DNA of 61,132 nucleotides, counting the filler, from Sphacelaria rigidula (taxonomy: Eukaryota): NCBI GenBank assembly GCA_964200075.2. It is 7 parts of 7 records of this genome, joined end to end, with 100 filler letters (N's around TTAATTAATTAA, not from the genome) between each part and the next. Parts side by side here need not be neighbours in the genome. Positions count along the whole stretch, not along the records: positions 17,497 to 26,144 come from CAXNAA020010492.1; positions 26,245 to 34,891 come from CAXNAA020010493.1; positions 34,992 to 43,638 come from CAXNAA020010494.1; 4 more parts are not named here. One strand, given 5' to 3'. A program made the translations under genes and the position numbers. Of the stretch, positions 22,826-36,215 are shown piece after piece (within the stretch, counting starts at the first letter, position 1; every line of letters starts with the position of its first letter). Under the pieces are notes generated by a model. That model did no database searches, was not told the DNA's origin, and worked only from the letters and a program-made list of their open reading frames with translations.

Positions 22826-23746
22826 CCCAGTACACTTATGGGTGTGAATGGGGGCCCTAGCGACCAAAACACCGTGGGCAGAAATAAATAAAAAAGACGC
22901 TGAGAGATAATGAAGACGTCATAGACTGGTCGAACCTGTCACGAACCTCTGCCGAACCTCTGCCGAATAGAACACACGCTCCATCCCAAGTTACCTAGGT
23001 TTAGTATGCGACAGCTGTGATTTTTTCATCACCTCGATCTCGAGACAGGAAGCAAACCGGCTCGTGGCACTTCACAGCCCCCCGCACACACACTAGACCT
23101 AGTCACTACCCGGGCAGATCTGACCATTTCGCCACAGCGGACCCGAAAAAAAAAAACGTTGAGGGTTACGCGGGCTTCGGAACGCAGTCCAATCCTCTGC
23201 CTTGCTTCCCCGAAATTTGCGTTGCGAGGCCGACACNNNNNNNNNNTCGCCACAGCGGACCCGAAAAAAAAAAACGTTGAGGGAAACGCGTTTTTATGTG
23301 CATTTTGGGCCTCTGCGGCACGCGTTCCGGAAATCCGCCCGGCGAGTGACTCTTTCTGGTGTGTGGGAAACGCACGCATCGAACCGCAGTCCAATCCTCT
23401 GCTTTGTTGCCGAGAAAAGTGCGTTGAAAGGCCGACACCAAAACATACAGCAACAAGGGGGGCACAACAACAACACGAGCACCAGTTTCCATCCTCCTGT
23501 TGTTGTGACCCCGTGTGCAGGTGTACAGCAACGTCAGCCACAGGTTTGTTGCAGAATGTACTACAGTAATAGTACACTTTATGTGAGCGAGGTCATTATT
23601 TGGAGATGAAGGATGCATTCGTGATTCGTATGATTGGCTCGATCACGAATCATTTTTTTCCTGCAGTGAGGGGTTGGCGTCCATTTCCCGATATATAGTG
23701 CCCAAAATCGGGCCCCATTCACACCCATAACAGCGTCTGTACTGGG
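22826..23746. mobile_element. Non-autonomous TIR element (CCCAGTAC...GTACTGGG)
   Basis: Left cccagtacacttatgggtgtgaatgggggcc and right ggccccattcacacccataa...gtactggg are imperfect inverted repeats. No clear TSD. It contains a 10-N gap flanked by a duplicated segment of about 37 bp. Confidence 0.6.
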
Positions 23747-25853
23747 TGATAACCACAGCACTGTTCATTGTGTGCTCCCAAGCGTATTCTACGGGGTGAA
23801 ACCCGAGACCGTGCAGCCAGTGCTTGCATAGCAGCGTAATGCTTGTTCAGACCAAGCGCTTTCAGGACCGCATCGGGGTTTGAACACCTCGCGACCGACG
23901 TGTTGGGAGGACAGCGACGAGAAGACCACGCAGTGTGCCCCGGAAAGGAGGAGAGCAAGGATTTCGAAACTAAAACACTTCAAGACACCAGTAAATCTTC
24001 TAGGAGTCGTTCTCGCAGCCGGTACCCGTCAGTACCGAGCATCAGTCCGTCGGTGTGGTCATGGCGTGGTGGGCACCCACACCTCCCTCAAATACACTGG
24101 CGTTAGAACGTTTCCACCACAACACGCCACGCGAGAATGACTCCTAGACGAGTTACTGCTATCTGAACTTTACAGGTTTGGAATCCTTGCTCTCCTCCTG
24201 TTCGGAGTACACTGTGTCGTCGTCGTGTCGCTCCAGTCACCTCGCCTGGCGTCGCTACCCCTGGCTCGATAAATGCGCGCCTCCGGTGTGCTCGGGGTGC
24301 GGTCCCTGCTCTCACGGCATCGGAGCGGTCTTCCCGACACGTCGGTCCCGGGGTGTTCGAACTCCTATGCGGTCCTAAAAGCATGCGGGTTGAACACGCA
24401 TTAAAGCACAACGCTGCTGCCTACTATAGGACAGTAGTATAGCAGGGTTAGATGTGAGGTGCGGTGGTCGGCGGCAGTTACGTAATCAACAGAATGCAAA
24501 CAGTGGTACTGCTTGCAGTACTTGCTTTCTGTGTGTGTTTCATCTGTGGATGGCTCCCTCCCTGAGCGGATGCGAGTTGAAACCAGTATTCGTCTCCTTT
24601 CAGCAATGGTACCAACTGGGTGACCTACAAGAAGGTATTGGACTAGCAGTCAATGTCCTGTAGCCTGTGGCCGAGGACGGATGTAGTATAGTGACACCAG
24701 GTAACATGTATTTCCTGGCGCATTGCTGTCTGGTGATTTCCCCTATGACATGGTCCGTGTGACGGCTGCAGCCAAGAGGCTGAGAATAACTGTTTTCAAG
24801 TTCATCCTCCCCAGATACGGGTATTGAGCGGAGTGCAGGTACTCACCGCAGATTCAAATATTAGAGCCCTGAATCGCGGGAAGGAACACTCCGTATCTCA
24901 GTAACCGCACATATCCATGCCAAAACTCTCGCCGCGTTGAAAACATAGGTATCATTTATATTACGCGTAGGTAGAGACGAACCCGAGCGCTGCATCCATG
25001 ACGCCAGAAAATTAAAACATTGCTTCATTCTTTTAGAGCTGGATACACCACATAGTGCATACCCATTATTGCTTTTGTTCACAGCAGTTCGCCACACCGG
25101 GAACATATCGCAGCCGACGCTACAATCAGCCTCAAGTTGCGCATAGTTGAGGTCAGCCGTGGCCTTCGTAAATGCTGAGTCTACTGAGCGTGAAGGCAAC
25201 AAACTGGGACAAAGGTGCTGGATCGCGTTGGTTTTGGCTGCCAATCTCGAGCCAGTAACTACCGAAAGCTTGTCGTTTCCACTGCAACTGACACTTGGAA
25301 ACATTTTTTTCATCTGTTGCTACCGACAGACGCTCAGAGCATTTCGTATCTGTCGTTACCGACAGATTGGACGCACAGCCGTCCAGCACGGGACACACCG
25401 AGGATTTCTGTACTGCTGATGGAGCACGACTCGCTGACGGCACCGTGGGCAGCGGACAGATGGGGCGTGTACCGTGCGGCATGCCAACTACTGCCGTAAA
25501 ACAGCACAGACGGAACACCTAGCAGAACAGCACAGTGTGAGATCGAACAGTCAATCACCGGCGACGTAGCAAAGCCATATATCCGCCGGACACGTCAATC
25601 ACCGGGTCGTGTCAGTGTTAAAACTGAAACTGTCAGAGAGAACGATTGAGGGTTTGACCATCACCAGATGCGGGGAGATTTCCCAGAAAAAAAAAAAAAA
25701 ATGCACAGTCTAAAACATGAGGAAGTGGATCGCGCAAAGAAACCTTTATATGTAGGGAGAGTCAACACAACGCGACCGCTGGGCTGGAGTACTGATCTGC
25801 TCCGCGATCCCAAAATGCAAGGCGCGACGCCGTACCGCTTCTAGGGCCGAAGC

Positions 25854-26075
25854 TCGTAAGGGCACGGCGGCGCATGCACTGCGCCAAGTTGATAGAGGGT
25901 TTTAGTGGAAGCATCCCCCACACTGCCTTGAGTCACCGCTCGAGGCGCCTTCCCCACATGACTCCCGCGAGGTGGTCTAGCCGAGCCTGCGGGTAATCGG
26001 CACACGAACTCGCTTGCGAGACTTGCTTGCGGGGTAAGTGTTGGATCGGGTTTCCTCCTTCCATCAAGGAAAAAA
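25854..26075 (+). repeat. Dispersed SINE-like or retroposon 3' segment, copy 2
   Basis: Homologous to 20113-20345; ends in an A-run. Confidence 0.7.
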
Positions 26076-26107
<32 letters not shown>

Positions 26108-26144
26108 TCACCGGAGGCCCTGGCCTCTCCTCCGGGAAAGGGGG

Positions 26145-26244
26145 NNNNNNNNNNNNNNNNNNNNNNNNNNNNNNNNNNNNNNNNNNNNTTAATTAATTAA
26201 NNNNNNNNNNNNNNNNNNNNNNNNNNNNNNNNNNNNNNNNNNNN
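26145..26244. other. Artificial contig linker
   Basis: N-TTAATTAATTAA-N, 100 bp. Confidence 0.98.
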
Positions 26245-26964
26245 GTCTAACTCCAAATATTGGCCGGCGCATCCGCCTGCAAACGTTCATGCAGCCTCTA
26301 GGCTGGCCCAGCTCGTAGCCATTTCGAGTTCTATCGAAGAGTAGTAAGCGAAGAAAACCCCAGAACACCCTCAAATAGTTAGACCACCTACTCCTCTACA
26401 CCTCCGCAGTCTCGAGGGATTAATCCAACTCTCCCCCAGTATATGCCTGACACTCTAGTATCGCGGATAGGATCAGCACTTCCGCACCCCGTCGATATTT
26501 CACCGAATTCTCTTTGATCCTCGTGCCCTCGCGTTTTCAACGGTGGACATCGGATACTATATACTCCCGACAAAAAATACCAGGCGTCGCACAGCTCATG
26601 AGCTACCTGCAATAACTAATCGAAGAGGACTCTCAGACCCTTAGTCCAGTAAAAATATATGACGACAACGTCTGAGAAGCCAAAGCGCTACCTTTGCACA
26701 ACTCCGCGTGCTCGGCGTACAGAGCTGTAGGGAGCAAATAAATGTGGAAAGTGAGAGCAAACGAGCTTCGCCCATGATCCGGATCAGTACACTGATAAGG
26801 AGTAATATTGAGGGATAGATTGTGAGCTGTCCAACATGTGAAAATGCCATACCTGCCGGAATTCGAACCCTGAACTCCACCCAGACCGGTTTCGGCATGT
26901 ACAAGTAAGATCACCGAGACGAACGTAACTGTGTACGCATGTTCCCGTCGACTCTATCTGGCAG

Positions 26965-29900
26965 ACTGGTGGAGCGTGCTGTGAGCGTTGCTCCCGTGAT
27001 GACAACACTTTCTCGCGCCAAGGAGATGCTCAAGTTTCGCGTGAGTTATTTGCCCGTGTCGGTTGTCCTGCTGTGCACGACATAGAATAGGAAGCGCTGC
27101 AAGGGGACACCCTTTCTTGCAGAAACAGGGCTAGAATTAATTGATACACACACAAAAGGGAGTACCTCGTATCCCCTTTTGAAATCAACGCCGCAAGGAG
27201 AAACGCATTTTTAGATAAACATATATAGTCGTGCGAGTGATTCTACGGTAGTAGGGGTGCTCTTTGGCACACGACGAAGGCCCAGATGTTTGTGATCGAA
27301 AGACTCCCAAAGTGCAGAGCCTCAGAAAGAAGATTGTGCACCCCTCTGCAGAACCGCTCATTATACGTACATACATGTGTTTTCACTTTTTCTTCCGATC
27401 ATTCAAGGATGATTGCCGACAGCAGTAGGAAGGTTTCACTTTTTAGCTCTAGCCTCGATTTTTGTTGGAGACTGGAGTTCGCAGGTCGAATTTCCGAACT
27501 TACATGTACCACGCGTGCTGTGGAGCGTACGAACCCAACACACATTTGCGCGCAAGTCCGGGCGGTGTGGGCTACCTTGTCATCGTCGTAGGGATGAAGT
27601 GCAAGCAAAATCATATTTGACTGCGTTGTATGCGCTAGTTTCCCGGCTATTTCGATGTCTTGCCCAAGATCTCCCGTTAATTTCGCATCGCTGATGTTAT
27701 AGAAATCAATTGGGTTGCAGGAGGAAGATCCGTGGACAAGCAACTAACAGGATAACATACAGCTTTGAGGAAACAGTAGGCAAACCAAAAGCTACATACT
27801 TTAATCAATTTTCCGAGAGACCACGCAGATACTGCTGCTGGACCGTAACGTGCCAAGCTGAGCTGTGCTGCGTTTTAGTGCGTGATACTCAAGGCGGTGT
27901 CGTGGACGACTGTCTCGTTCGTGTGAATTGCCATGCCATTGCAAGTCATACCTAGATGCCCGGTCGCCATTTGCAGCTTCCTCTGGCCGACTCTTGTTGC
28001 GCACCCACAGGGTTTCAACTACGATGGTGCCGGCCCTACGATGCATTTCTTTTCTGGAGTACCTACATGATGCATTTCAATTTTACTGCACGAGCAAAAC
28101 AGAGGACCATGTTGTCCGAACGTTTCACGTGTCAGGTGTCCCTGGAGCCGTTGAAGCCTTTCCGGTCATCGGTGGAAGTTGTGGTCAAGAGGAATACCGG
28201 CGGCGGGCGATGGCGCTACGAGGTCAAAGTGGAGGCCACCGAGGCTCCCCCAGATGACAATATTTCCCTACGGGCTGCCGTAGGGGAGCAGTCATCCGCC
28301 GTTTTCCGGCTATGCAATCGATACCTGGGATATGCTCCTTTCCAGGTGCAGTACGATCCCATGCAGCCGAAGATCGCTTGAAAGGTTAGGCGATCGTCTG
28401 TGACATAAATCATTAAAGCACTCAGGAATCCGTGTATGCGCAGCATGTACGCAGCAGAACGCACACAGCGTCGGAGTTCCTCACGAGGCGAAAAACACAG
28501 GATTTTACAAATTGGGGATGGATGTTTTATTGGGGATGAAAACCCGGAGGATTGAAGTCTTCGTATCCACACCAAATCCTCGAAGTATGCTTCCATTTCT
28601 TCACTTGCTGGTACAGTAGCTATTACAGTAGCCATTGACAACTACTACACGCCATACAAAGTTGGATTTCGATAACCGAAATGTCGGAGTCCTGGGTGAA
28701 AAACCGATTCTGGCGGCCGATCGGACACCGAAAATCCCCCAACATTGGTTTTTCAAGTAGAACCCTGATATCTCGGTTATCGAAATCCAATTTCATATGG
28801 CGTGTAGTACTTGTCAATAGCTACCAGCAAGTGAAGAAATGGAAGCATACTTCGAGGATTTGGTATGGATACGAAGGTTTGAATTCATCGGTTTCTCATC
28901 CACAATAAATCATCCATCCCCAATTTGTAAAATCCCGTATTGAAAGGAGAAAAGCAAGCGCGATGATACTCTGGGATTATAAGCTCACGTCGACGCAGTT
29001 CAGTGCGTCGCTCAACTCACTATACTCATTAACTGAGATCGGGTTATCGTTCATGTTCTCCCGCCTTGCCGAAAAGCACCCCTCAAATATACTGTTGTGT
29101 GGTCTTTCTAGCTGTACACACTGCTCACGGCTGTCTTGTCTGTTTCACCACCAACATATCGCTTTGTTCATTATTTCAAGGTTCATCCCCGACGCTAGCC
29201 CTCGTCTTTCCCTGACCTGAGCCATGAACCTGACCCCATCCCCAACCCTGGGACCCTGTACCTAGCTGATGACAATGCCCCGCTTTCACCCCAACCCCCT
29301 TGCCCGCACCAGGCCTATTTCACAGCGGATAGCGCTCTGAGTCTATCGGTCGAGCCCACTGATGGCGTGTTGACGCCCTTCGGTACCGACGGAACGGCCG
29401 TGACGGTAACCTACTCGCCAACCCGGTACGCGCCAAGTCAGAAGGGGCGCCTGATTGTGGAAACTGACGACATCCTGTAAGTACCATCCTGTAAGGGCTG
29501 TTACTATTCACACAGATTTTTCGGAGATCACCAAGATTTCAGGGGTTTACGCACATGGCCCTTGGTGTTCTCCGAAAATGAAGCGGCTAGATTTTTTCCC
29601 CAAGCCTCCGCGTTTGGCGAACGCCGAATATTTCGCACCGCAGCGCAACACTGTACTCCGCAGAGCTGCCCTTGGCGCACGCCGTGGCGCTCGCAAGCAC
29701 GCGAGAATCATCAGGAGCTTTGCCAGTGACACCCTGGGCTGTGTCGTAAAGTAAAAAGCACCGTGGGCTGGCGGTATCTACCTCCTTGGACGGTGCGTGC
29801 CCCGGCAGCGGTGTTAGAGCTGTTGGGGTCAAGCACGATGGTCGTCTTTCGCAGACACAGGCACTTTCGAAGTGAAGAGCAGAAACAATCCAGTAGCTAC

Positions 29901-30856
29901 CTACTTGCCTGCCGTGCTACTACGAGTGTACGCTACCGCACCGTCTGAAAAGTTCAAAGCTGGTGGTCAAGTTGGATGTATCTGCGCATACAACTCACAG
30001 GAAGCAAGCATGCTGCAATCTCTGCATGGGGCTTCTTTCTACAGTAGTCGGTATTTTTACTCATGTGTGCTGCTGCAGCATCGCGAAGAGCCGGTCGATC
30101 ACGCCCTAGCCTGCCCAACTGCGCCCCCGTGTCACAGAGAGGTGGTGAGAAATATGTTCACCACAGTTATGAACGCCATTCACGGGCAGGTAGCATAACC
30201 CTGCCCTTATTTCGTCGGCGAAGGCAGGCAAACAACGAGATCAGCAACATCCGTAATGAGTTATCCAACAGCAACCGTAGATCTAGATGATAATGAGCCT
30301 TGGGCGTTTGCCGAAATTTCAGACCTTCTCCCATTTTTTTTACTTGTCGATGAGGGCCCCAAGTACGAGAAAGCTGACAGAATTGCAGGGCGATGTGAGA
30401 ATATTTCACGATAATGGTCACCCATATTGGGTACAGCGTTGAATCAAGAGCGATACACTCCCTCGCGGTCTCTCTCTCCACTTTTCCCACCTTCCCCTTT
30501 CTTGGGAATCATGCGTCAACACGTCATTTTCGCAACTCGTCGATCATGCCATCGTTACTGTGTCTGTATATCATAGGTGGAGTTATGCGATTGTCGGTGA
30601 TTTCCCAGACTTTCGACCCTCAGTCGGCGTGACGTCCAAGGTGGACTCTGGGTCCCACGCGGGCTCTCGATCCAATCCTCATCTACAGCGCAGTCGTGCG
30701 GGCTCTCAGCACACAAACAACGCTCGGTTGACGGGCGGCACTGGCGCCGGTAGTGCCACCGGAAGCACGCCCTCGTGGAAAGGGATTGATGCCAGTGTTA
30801 GTGACGCAGGGGCACGCAAAAGAGTCGCCAAAAAATCAGTCTTCCGTGGGCGGTAG
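26965..30856 (+). CDS. CFAP47: 3' end of a cilia- and flagella-associated protein 47-like gene; exons 26965-27040, 28136-28345, 29313-29476, 30577-30856
   Basis: Four GT-AG, phase-compatible exons translate to ...KEMLKFR|VSLEPLKPFRSSVEVVVKRNTGGGRWRYEVKVEATEAPPDDNISLRA...FRLCN...APFQ|AYFTADS...VEPTDGVLTPFGTDGT...YSPTRY...GRLIVETDDI|LWSYAIVGDFPDFRP, which matches the CFAP47 C-terminal pattern as I recall it. Confidence 0.82.
28498..28937. mobile_element. Foldback/MITE (440 bp, inverted arms of about 200 bp) in an intron of the CFAP47-like gene
   Basis: caggattttacaaattggggatggat... pairs with ...atccatccccaatttgtaaaatcccg. Complementarity continues to about 28710/28745. TA lies on the right flank and CA on the left (a decayed Tc1/mariner-like TSD is possible). 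Confidence 0.85.
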
Positions 30857-33800
30857 GAGGGGCGACAGGTTTACGCGGCGGCGGCGGGTGGAAAGCGAAG
30901 CGTGGTGGATACGCCAATGTATAGTTACGTACGGTCGTTGTCTGGTGAAGGAATGATCTCGTCAAACTCAGAAGTGACTGGGACACGTCCTCTTTACACA
31001 GCCGTATATAGCCGGGTAGAGCGGGGTGGGTTATTGTGTTCACGAAAGCAAGAAAGCTTCGAAGGTTGTGAAGATACTGGTGATGACTCCAAGATGATCC
31101 CGTCGAGTGTCACCACAATACAGTTTTGAAGTTGTTGAGATGCTGGTGGTGACTTCTCGACGACTCCATCGAGTACCCCCCCGTGTGTTATCCCGCTTGT
31201 TCGGTTCAACTTCGGCGAATGAACGTACACATGCATGTGGTTCCATGCGCACAACGAGAAGCACGGGTACCACTCACTGCCATTCGGTCTGTTGAGTACG
31301 TTCATTTTCTGTACTTGAGTCGCCATGCATTACCATGGCCATGCCTCCAATGCTAGATGCTTGAGGCACGTCGGGTTTTCGAAACGCATGGCCAGCGTGA
31401 GCCCTTCGGCGTTCTCTTCACAGTACTCGACACACCATGTCAACGTAATGTGAACCCTTGTATCTGTGGCGCTCATCTTCCCCTCAATAAAATAGAACGC
31501 TGCCCGAGGGCCTCTACTTCCAACTTCCCGTCACCTTCCCCTCTAATCTACCAACTCTGTTTCAAAGGAACTTGAGCTTCTGGTACTAGCTCATAATGCC
31601 TCTTCCCCGCCCCCCCCGCCCCCCTGCCCCCGCAGCAACGACGTGTTCAAGCACAAACGTTCATCAAGCCACCAAGCGGTCGAAAAATATTCTACATGGA
31701 AGCATACCATAGCTGGCAACAACAAAATGTTCAACTACGCCCTCTTCCCTCCGCCGCCTTATCCGGTGGCCATTGATCGCCCCTGCCATATGGCTTGAGC
31801 GGGCACCCTGTGACCTCAGGACCAGTCAATCGGGCGCGCGTACAGCCTGATGTGCACCCAGGCACCCCACACACCGCCGTTCTACAGCACCTCATTATCC
31901 GATTCTCTTATAGTGTTGAAACAGTGCTCACGGGTCACTCAAATCACCCATACAATGGCAGGACTTCATCCTTTCACCATTGAATGAATGCACCCAATTT
32001 TGGGTTGCGCTGAATGGGATACACGAAGTCCTCCGACCAGGACAGGAATCAAGTACACATGATTTTTGGCGTGCACGAAAAAAGATATCATGATCCTGTT
32101 TGTAGCTGCGGTGTGGGCGCAGTGTCACCCTGCAGCTAGCCTACAAAGGAAGCAATCATCGTTGGAACGGGCCTTTTATAAGCGTCAGCGTAAACCATGT
32201 GTGTGTCCCGACCACATGTCATATTTTCGCTCACACAGAAACAACACCCGGATTTCTTCAGGTGCTCACATTCCCCCATGTTTTGCCCGCAGTCACCTAG
32301 TCAACAAACATTGTCGACCCCTGTCACATCCACCCCCCCCCCGCGCGCCGCACGCCCGACAACAAGTGATGAATATACTCTGGTGGAGTATTGCACAAGA
32401 AAAGAAATCTATATGTATATATTTGTCCATATTAAATGTTGTGGGGTGAAACGAAAATAACGAAAAACAACGGAGAACAACGAAAGACAACGACAAAACG
32501 AATCCCAGCTTCAAAATTAATCTCGTCGAAGGACATCAACTACGTCAACGAACGAACTTCGAACAAAACAAAGAAAACAAAAGCGCACGTAAGACGCGCG
32601 TGTTCCGAGTCACACTTTCATGCGTTTGCCCCCTCGAAAACAGCAAACACGCACAACGCGCGTTCACCCGTGCACTTACACGCAAACACGACGCATGTTC
32701 TAAATGAAACAGCAGCAACAACACGAAAAAATAACTTTGGATCTTCCCCCACGGCACGTCGACTGCCTTCACTTCCCAAAACCTCTTCAAAATGAAAGGC
32801 CATCATTTAGGACAAAACCGACAGCACCAGCGAACACATGACAAAACAAGTACTAGATTGTCCCATATACCAAAACTCCGGCACCTCACAGCACAATGTA
32901 CACCGACTCTTCTTCTCCATCTCTCCTTCCCTGTGACCCAATCTCCCTCCTCCTTGCCCCCCCCTCCCTCCCTACAGCTCTCCTTTCAACAATGCGCCCT
33001 CGCCATCTGATATTCGAATGGGGTCGTGGCTACCAACTGTACCGTGCAACACCACACGCCCATGGCCACTTCGTCATGTCAAAACCATCTCCAAAATTTG
33101 CAACGATACAGGATGTAGATATCGCAGCTACTCAAATCGGAATCCTCCCCATCCCTGACTTCACCACCCTATCCCCTCTCAGTCGCCCGCGACAATCTCA
33201 TAGGCGTGAGACTGGGTGAAGTGATGCATATCATTCCTCGGATACACTCACTCTCTTCCTTAGACGAGGATGTGATACGCAGCCCGTTATTTTTCTATTG
33301 TGATGTCAGGTAGATTTGGCATAAGCAAAAGAAAAAATCCCCGCATTTTGCTCGCCCGAAAAATCGGGGCTTGGGACTAGTATTCTACGTCGAATTCATA
33401 GGGGCGAGCACTCAAGAGAAGTACAACTAAAATTATCAATACGACGATATGCTGGGGAGGGGGGGCAGAAGAAAAGAAGGCGAGAAGAAGAAAAGAATAA
33501 TGAAAATCAAAGAAAAAGAATTGAGGAAAATATAAAGTGACCGTCAAATATTGCGCTCAGCAGCCGTATGTGGATATCTAGCTCGATCCTCCGGCTATTT
33601 TTTTACTCGATAGTGAAAATGGCACACCCGAGTGGGATGCAACACGAAATAGCATGTCCCACACGTGAAACACGAAACAACAACAATGACAAAAACCATT
33701 CACCACCAAGATAATGATTTAGTCCGCCGGGGCAGTGAGGAAACAAACACGCCATCACACGACAACACAACAGCTCCACAACGCCATCGTGTCCTGTACA

Positions 33801-34891
33801 CTTCGCCAACACAACACGATTGATTCCCCCGTACACGAAAGCATGAGGAACCCACGTACGGAACGCCGGAATCAGCCTGGAGATGCCGTAAGAAGACAAG
33901 AAAAGAAAAGAAAAAAAACAGGAATTGACTTCCCAAAAAAAAATCACTGCTCGTCTGATACTTGGTTTGAAAGTAAAAGCCTATGCCTTGAAAAAAACGC
34001 GGGGATATCGGTGAAAAAATTAGGCAAATGCACTTATATGCGATCTGCCCTTTTTTCTCCCTCTGGATAGACGCTGGCTAGCAGTAAAAACGGCCCTGAA
34101 CACAACACAGATTACAACAACTACACGGCCAACACATGCACGTATATATATGTTGAAAGTTGCAAATAAAAAGGTGAAAAAACAAGACAAAACGAAAACA
34201 ACGGAGAGCGGACAAGAAGAAAACACACACAGACGAAAACGAAAACGAAGACGAAAAATGAAAACGGTAGACACCAGTCTCTCCTCACTCTCCGAGAAAA
34301 AACTGTATAGTTAGTGTTCCTCCCCTTTTTTTTTGCCTTATCAAAATTTTGGAGAGAAAAAAAATTCATGTCTTCCAATTTCAGAACAAGAACAACACCG
34401 CACAGACAACCTAGCTCTCTTCTTCTTGCGACACCTGATTCCAGTGGCAGCATGAAACATCACATATGTCGCACAAATCCACCGCTATCCTTGCATATTC
34501 ATGAAGGCCCTTTCAAGCTGACCCAGCTGCGCTAGGATGGTCATGTGGCCTATACCAAGATCCATCCTTTCACCGAAAGCGTCTAGAGCTGATTGGCCGG
34601 TTCACGAAAGATATCCGATGCGGTCGCGTGGGAGGTGGGAAGAACGGGGGAGGGAAATCTTTCGTCAGAAGAAGAGAATGACTGCCGCTGGCGTGTCGCG
34701 TTTTTGCTTTGCAATCCGCTCATCAATAGTATTGCGCACAGTGAAAGGATGATGGACAGTGTTCACGGCAAAACTTGAAGACAAAGAACGAATACAAATG
34801 AGTTTATGGCTCGGGAGTACAGGCTGGGCAGCCCCAGAAGCTCACTTTCTTTCAGCTCGTTCTCACTGACGATGTATCGAGAGTTGTGCCC

Positions 34892-34991
34892 NNNNNNNNN
34901 NNNNNNNNNNNNNNNNNNNNNNNNNNNNNNNNNNNTTAATTAATTAANNNNNNNNNNNNNNNNNNNNNNNNNNNNNNNNNNNNNNNNNNNN
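34892..34991. other. Artificial contig linker
   Basis: N-TTAATTAATTAA-N, 100 bp. Confidence 0.98.
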
Positions 34992-35047
34992 CAAATGACT
35001 AAGGCAAACAACAAATGAGTACGCCCCCCCCCCCACATCATCTACCA

Positions 35048-35431
35048 TCAGTCGACATTTGAAATCGTGTCAAACTTCCTGCTCCGCTTGTACTTGAGCG
35101 TGAGCGCGGCTTCGATCCGGTCACCCAACGCCCTCTCCTGGCTGGAATCCAAGCACCCCCTCAAAACGGGAACGACTCGCTCCATAAACGCGGACGATGG
35201 CTGGATAAGTACGATATCCATCGCCACGAGATACCAAGGGGGAAGCCTTGGTTTGTTATCGTCCCAGAACGACAGCAAATCGTAATTTGAGTGCGCGCCC
35301 GAGGCCGCGACCAAAACGTCATCCTTTTCGGGCAAAAGGCCCGCCATGACGTCAGTGGTCACGAAGAAGGGGAAAACAGCAAGCTGGCGGACCTCCTCCC
35401 CGGTGTAGCCTGTACGCTGCTTAATATACAC
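35048..35431 (-). pseudogene. hAT-family transposase C-terminal dimerisation domain remnant
   Basis: LLSFWDDNKPRLPPWYLVAMDIVLIQPSSAFMERV...IEAALTLKY fits the hAT dimerisation pattern W-x6-P-x4-A-x3-L-x2-PSSA-x2-ER. No upstream DDE core is visible. Confidence 0.72.
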
Positions 35432-36215
35432 GAAGTGTATGAGCTAAAGCTGTAGGTTGTACGCTGCACAATGTACAATGGGCTCCATGGCACATCTATT
35501 GTACAAAATATTGATTACATTTTTCAGTGTAACATGTTGTCAAACAATAAAACACAAACGGAAACGTTTTTCGGATCAGACCCGCAACCATGGCAGTCTG
35601 GAGTATTGATTATTGAAGCCTGTCTAGTGACGAGTGACGAGTCACGCCATAGGCTTTAGGGAGCACTTTCAAGCAGCTGATACACCGGCTGTAGTCATAT
35701 CGCCACAATTGGTGCGCCAACCCGTGCTTCGGAGATTCATGGAAGCCCGCCTCAATTGACGAAGCGTTTGACGATGCGATGGAGTCGAAGATGCCCTATC
35801 CTAAATGACGGCGGCATGGCCGTTGTGGCTTCAGCTGGGATATCAAAGGAAACGGTGACGAACGGAACGACAATGCGGCGTCACACAATCCACAGCGAAC
35901 ACTACACGTATGCTGAAACGGCTACGAAATGAGCGGCACATTGAAGGTTAAATGCTTAATAAACATTCTTCCTTGGTACACTCGAGTGCATACGTTGTCG
36001 TCCCAATTTTCTGCTGTTGGGCGGTAATGAGCATAGCGAGTTCGACTGAAGACGCGCTTCAGCTGATACGTCAAACTGAACATCTTCGCTTAATGGCAGC
36101 TTGCATATATTATATTCCCTTGCCAAGAGCCGCGGCAAGGTTGCTAGTAAGACGCATTGCGGACAATACAACCAGTGGGGGTGAAACGCCGAATGCTAGT
36201 CAACAAGTATTGGCG

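Noticed and set aside
23128-23285. Duplicated segment on both sides of a 10-N gap
   Set aside because: Could be a scaffolding overlap; cannot be separated from a real tandem repeat.
24861-25313. 150-aa minus-strand ORF
   Set aside because: No recognisable motif and no convincing exon chain; left unannotated.
32400-34400. A-rich, strand-skewed region with hydrophobic antisense ORFs
   Set aside because: Low-complexity composition similar to retroelement UTRs; no domains or boundaries found.
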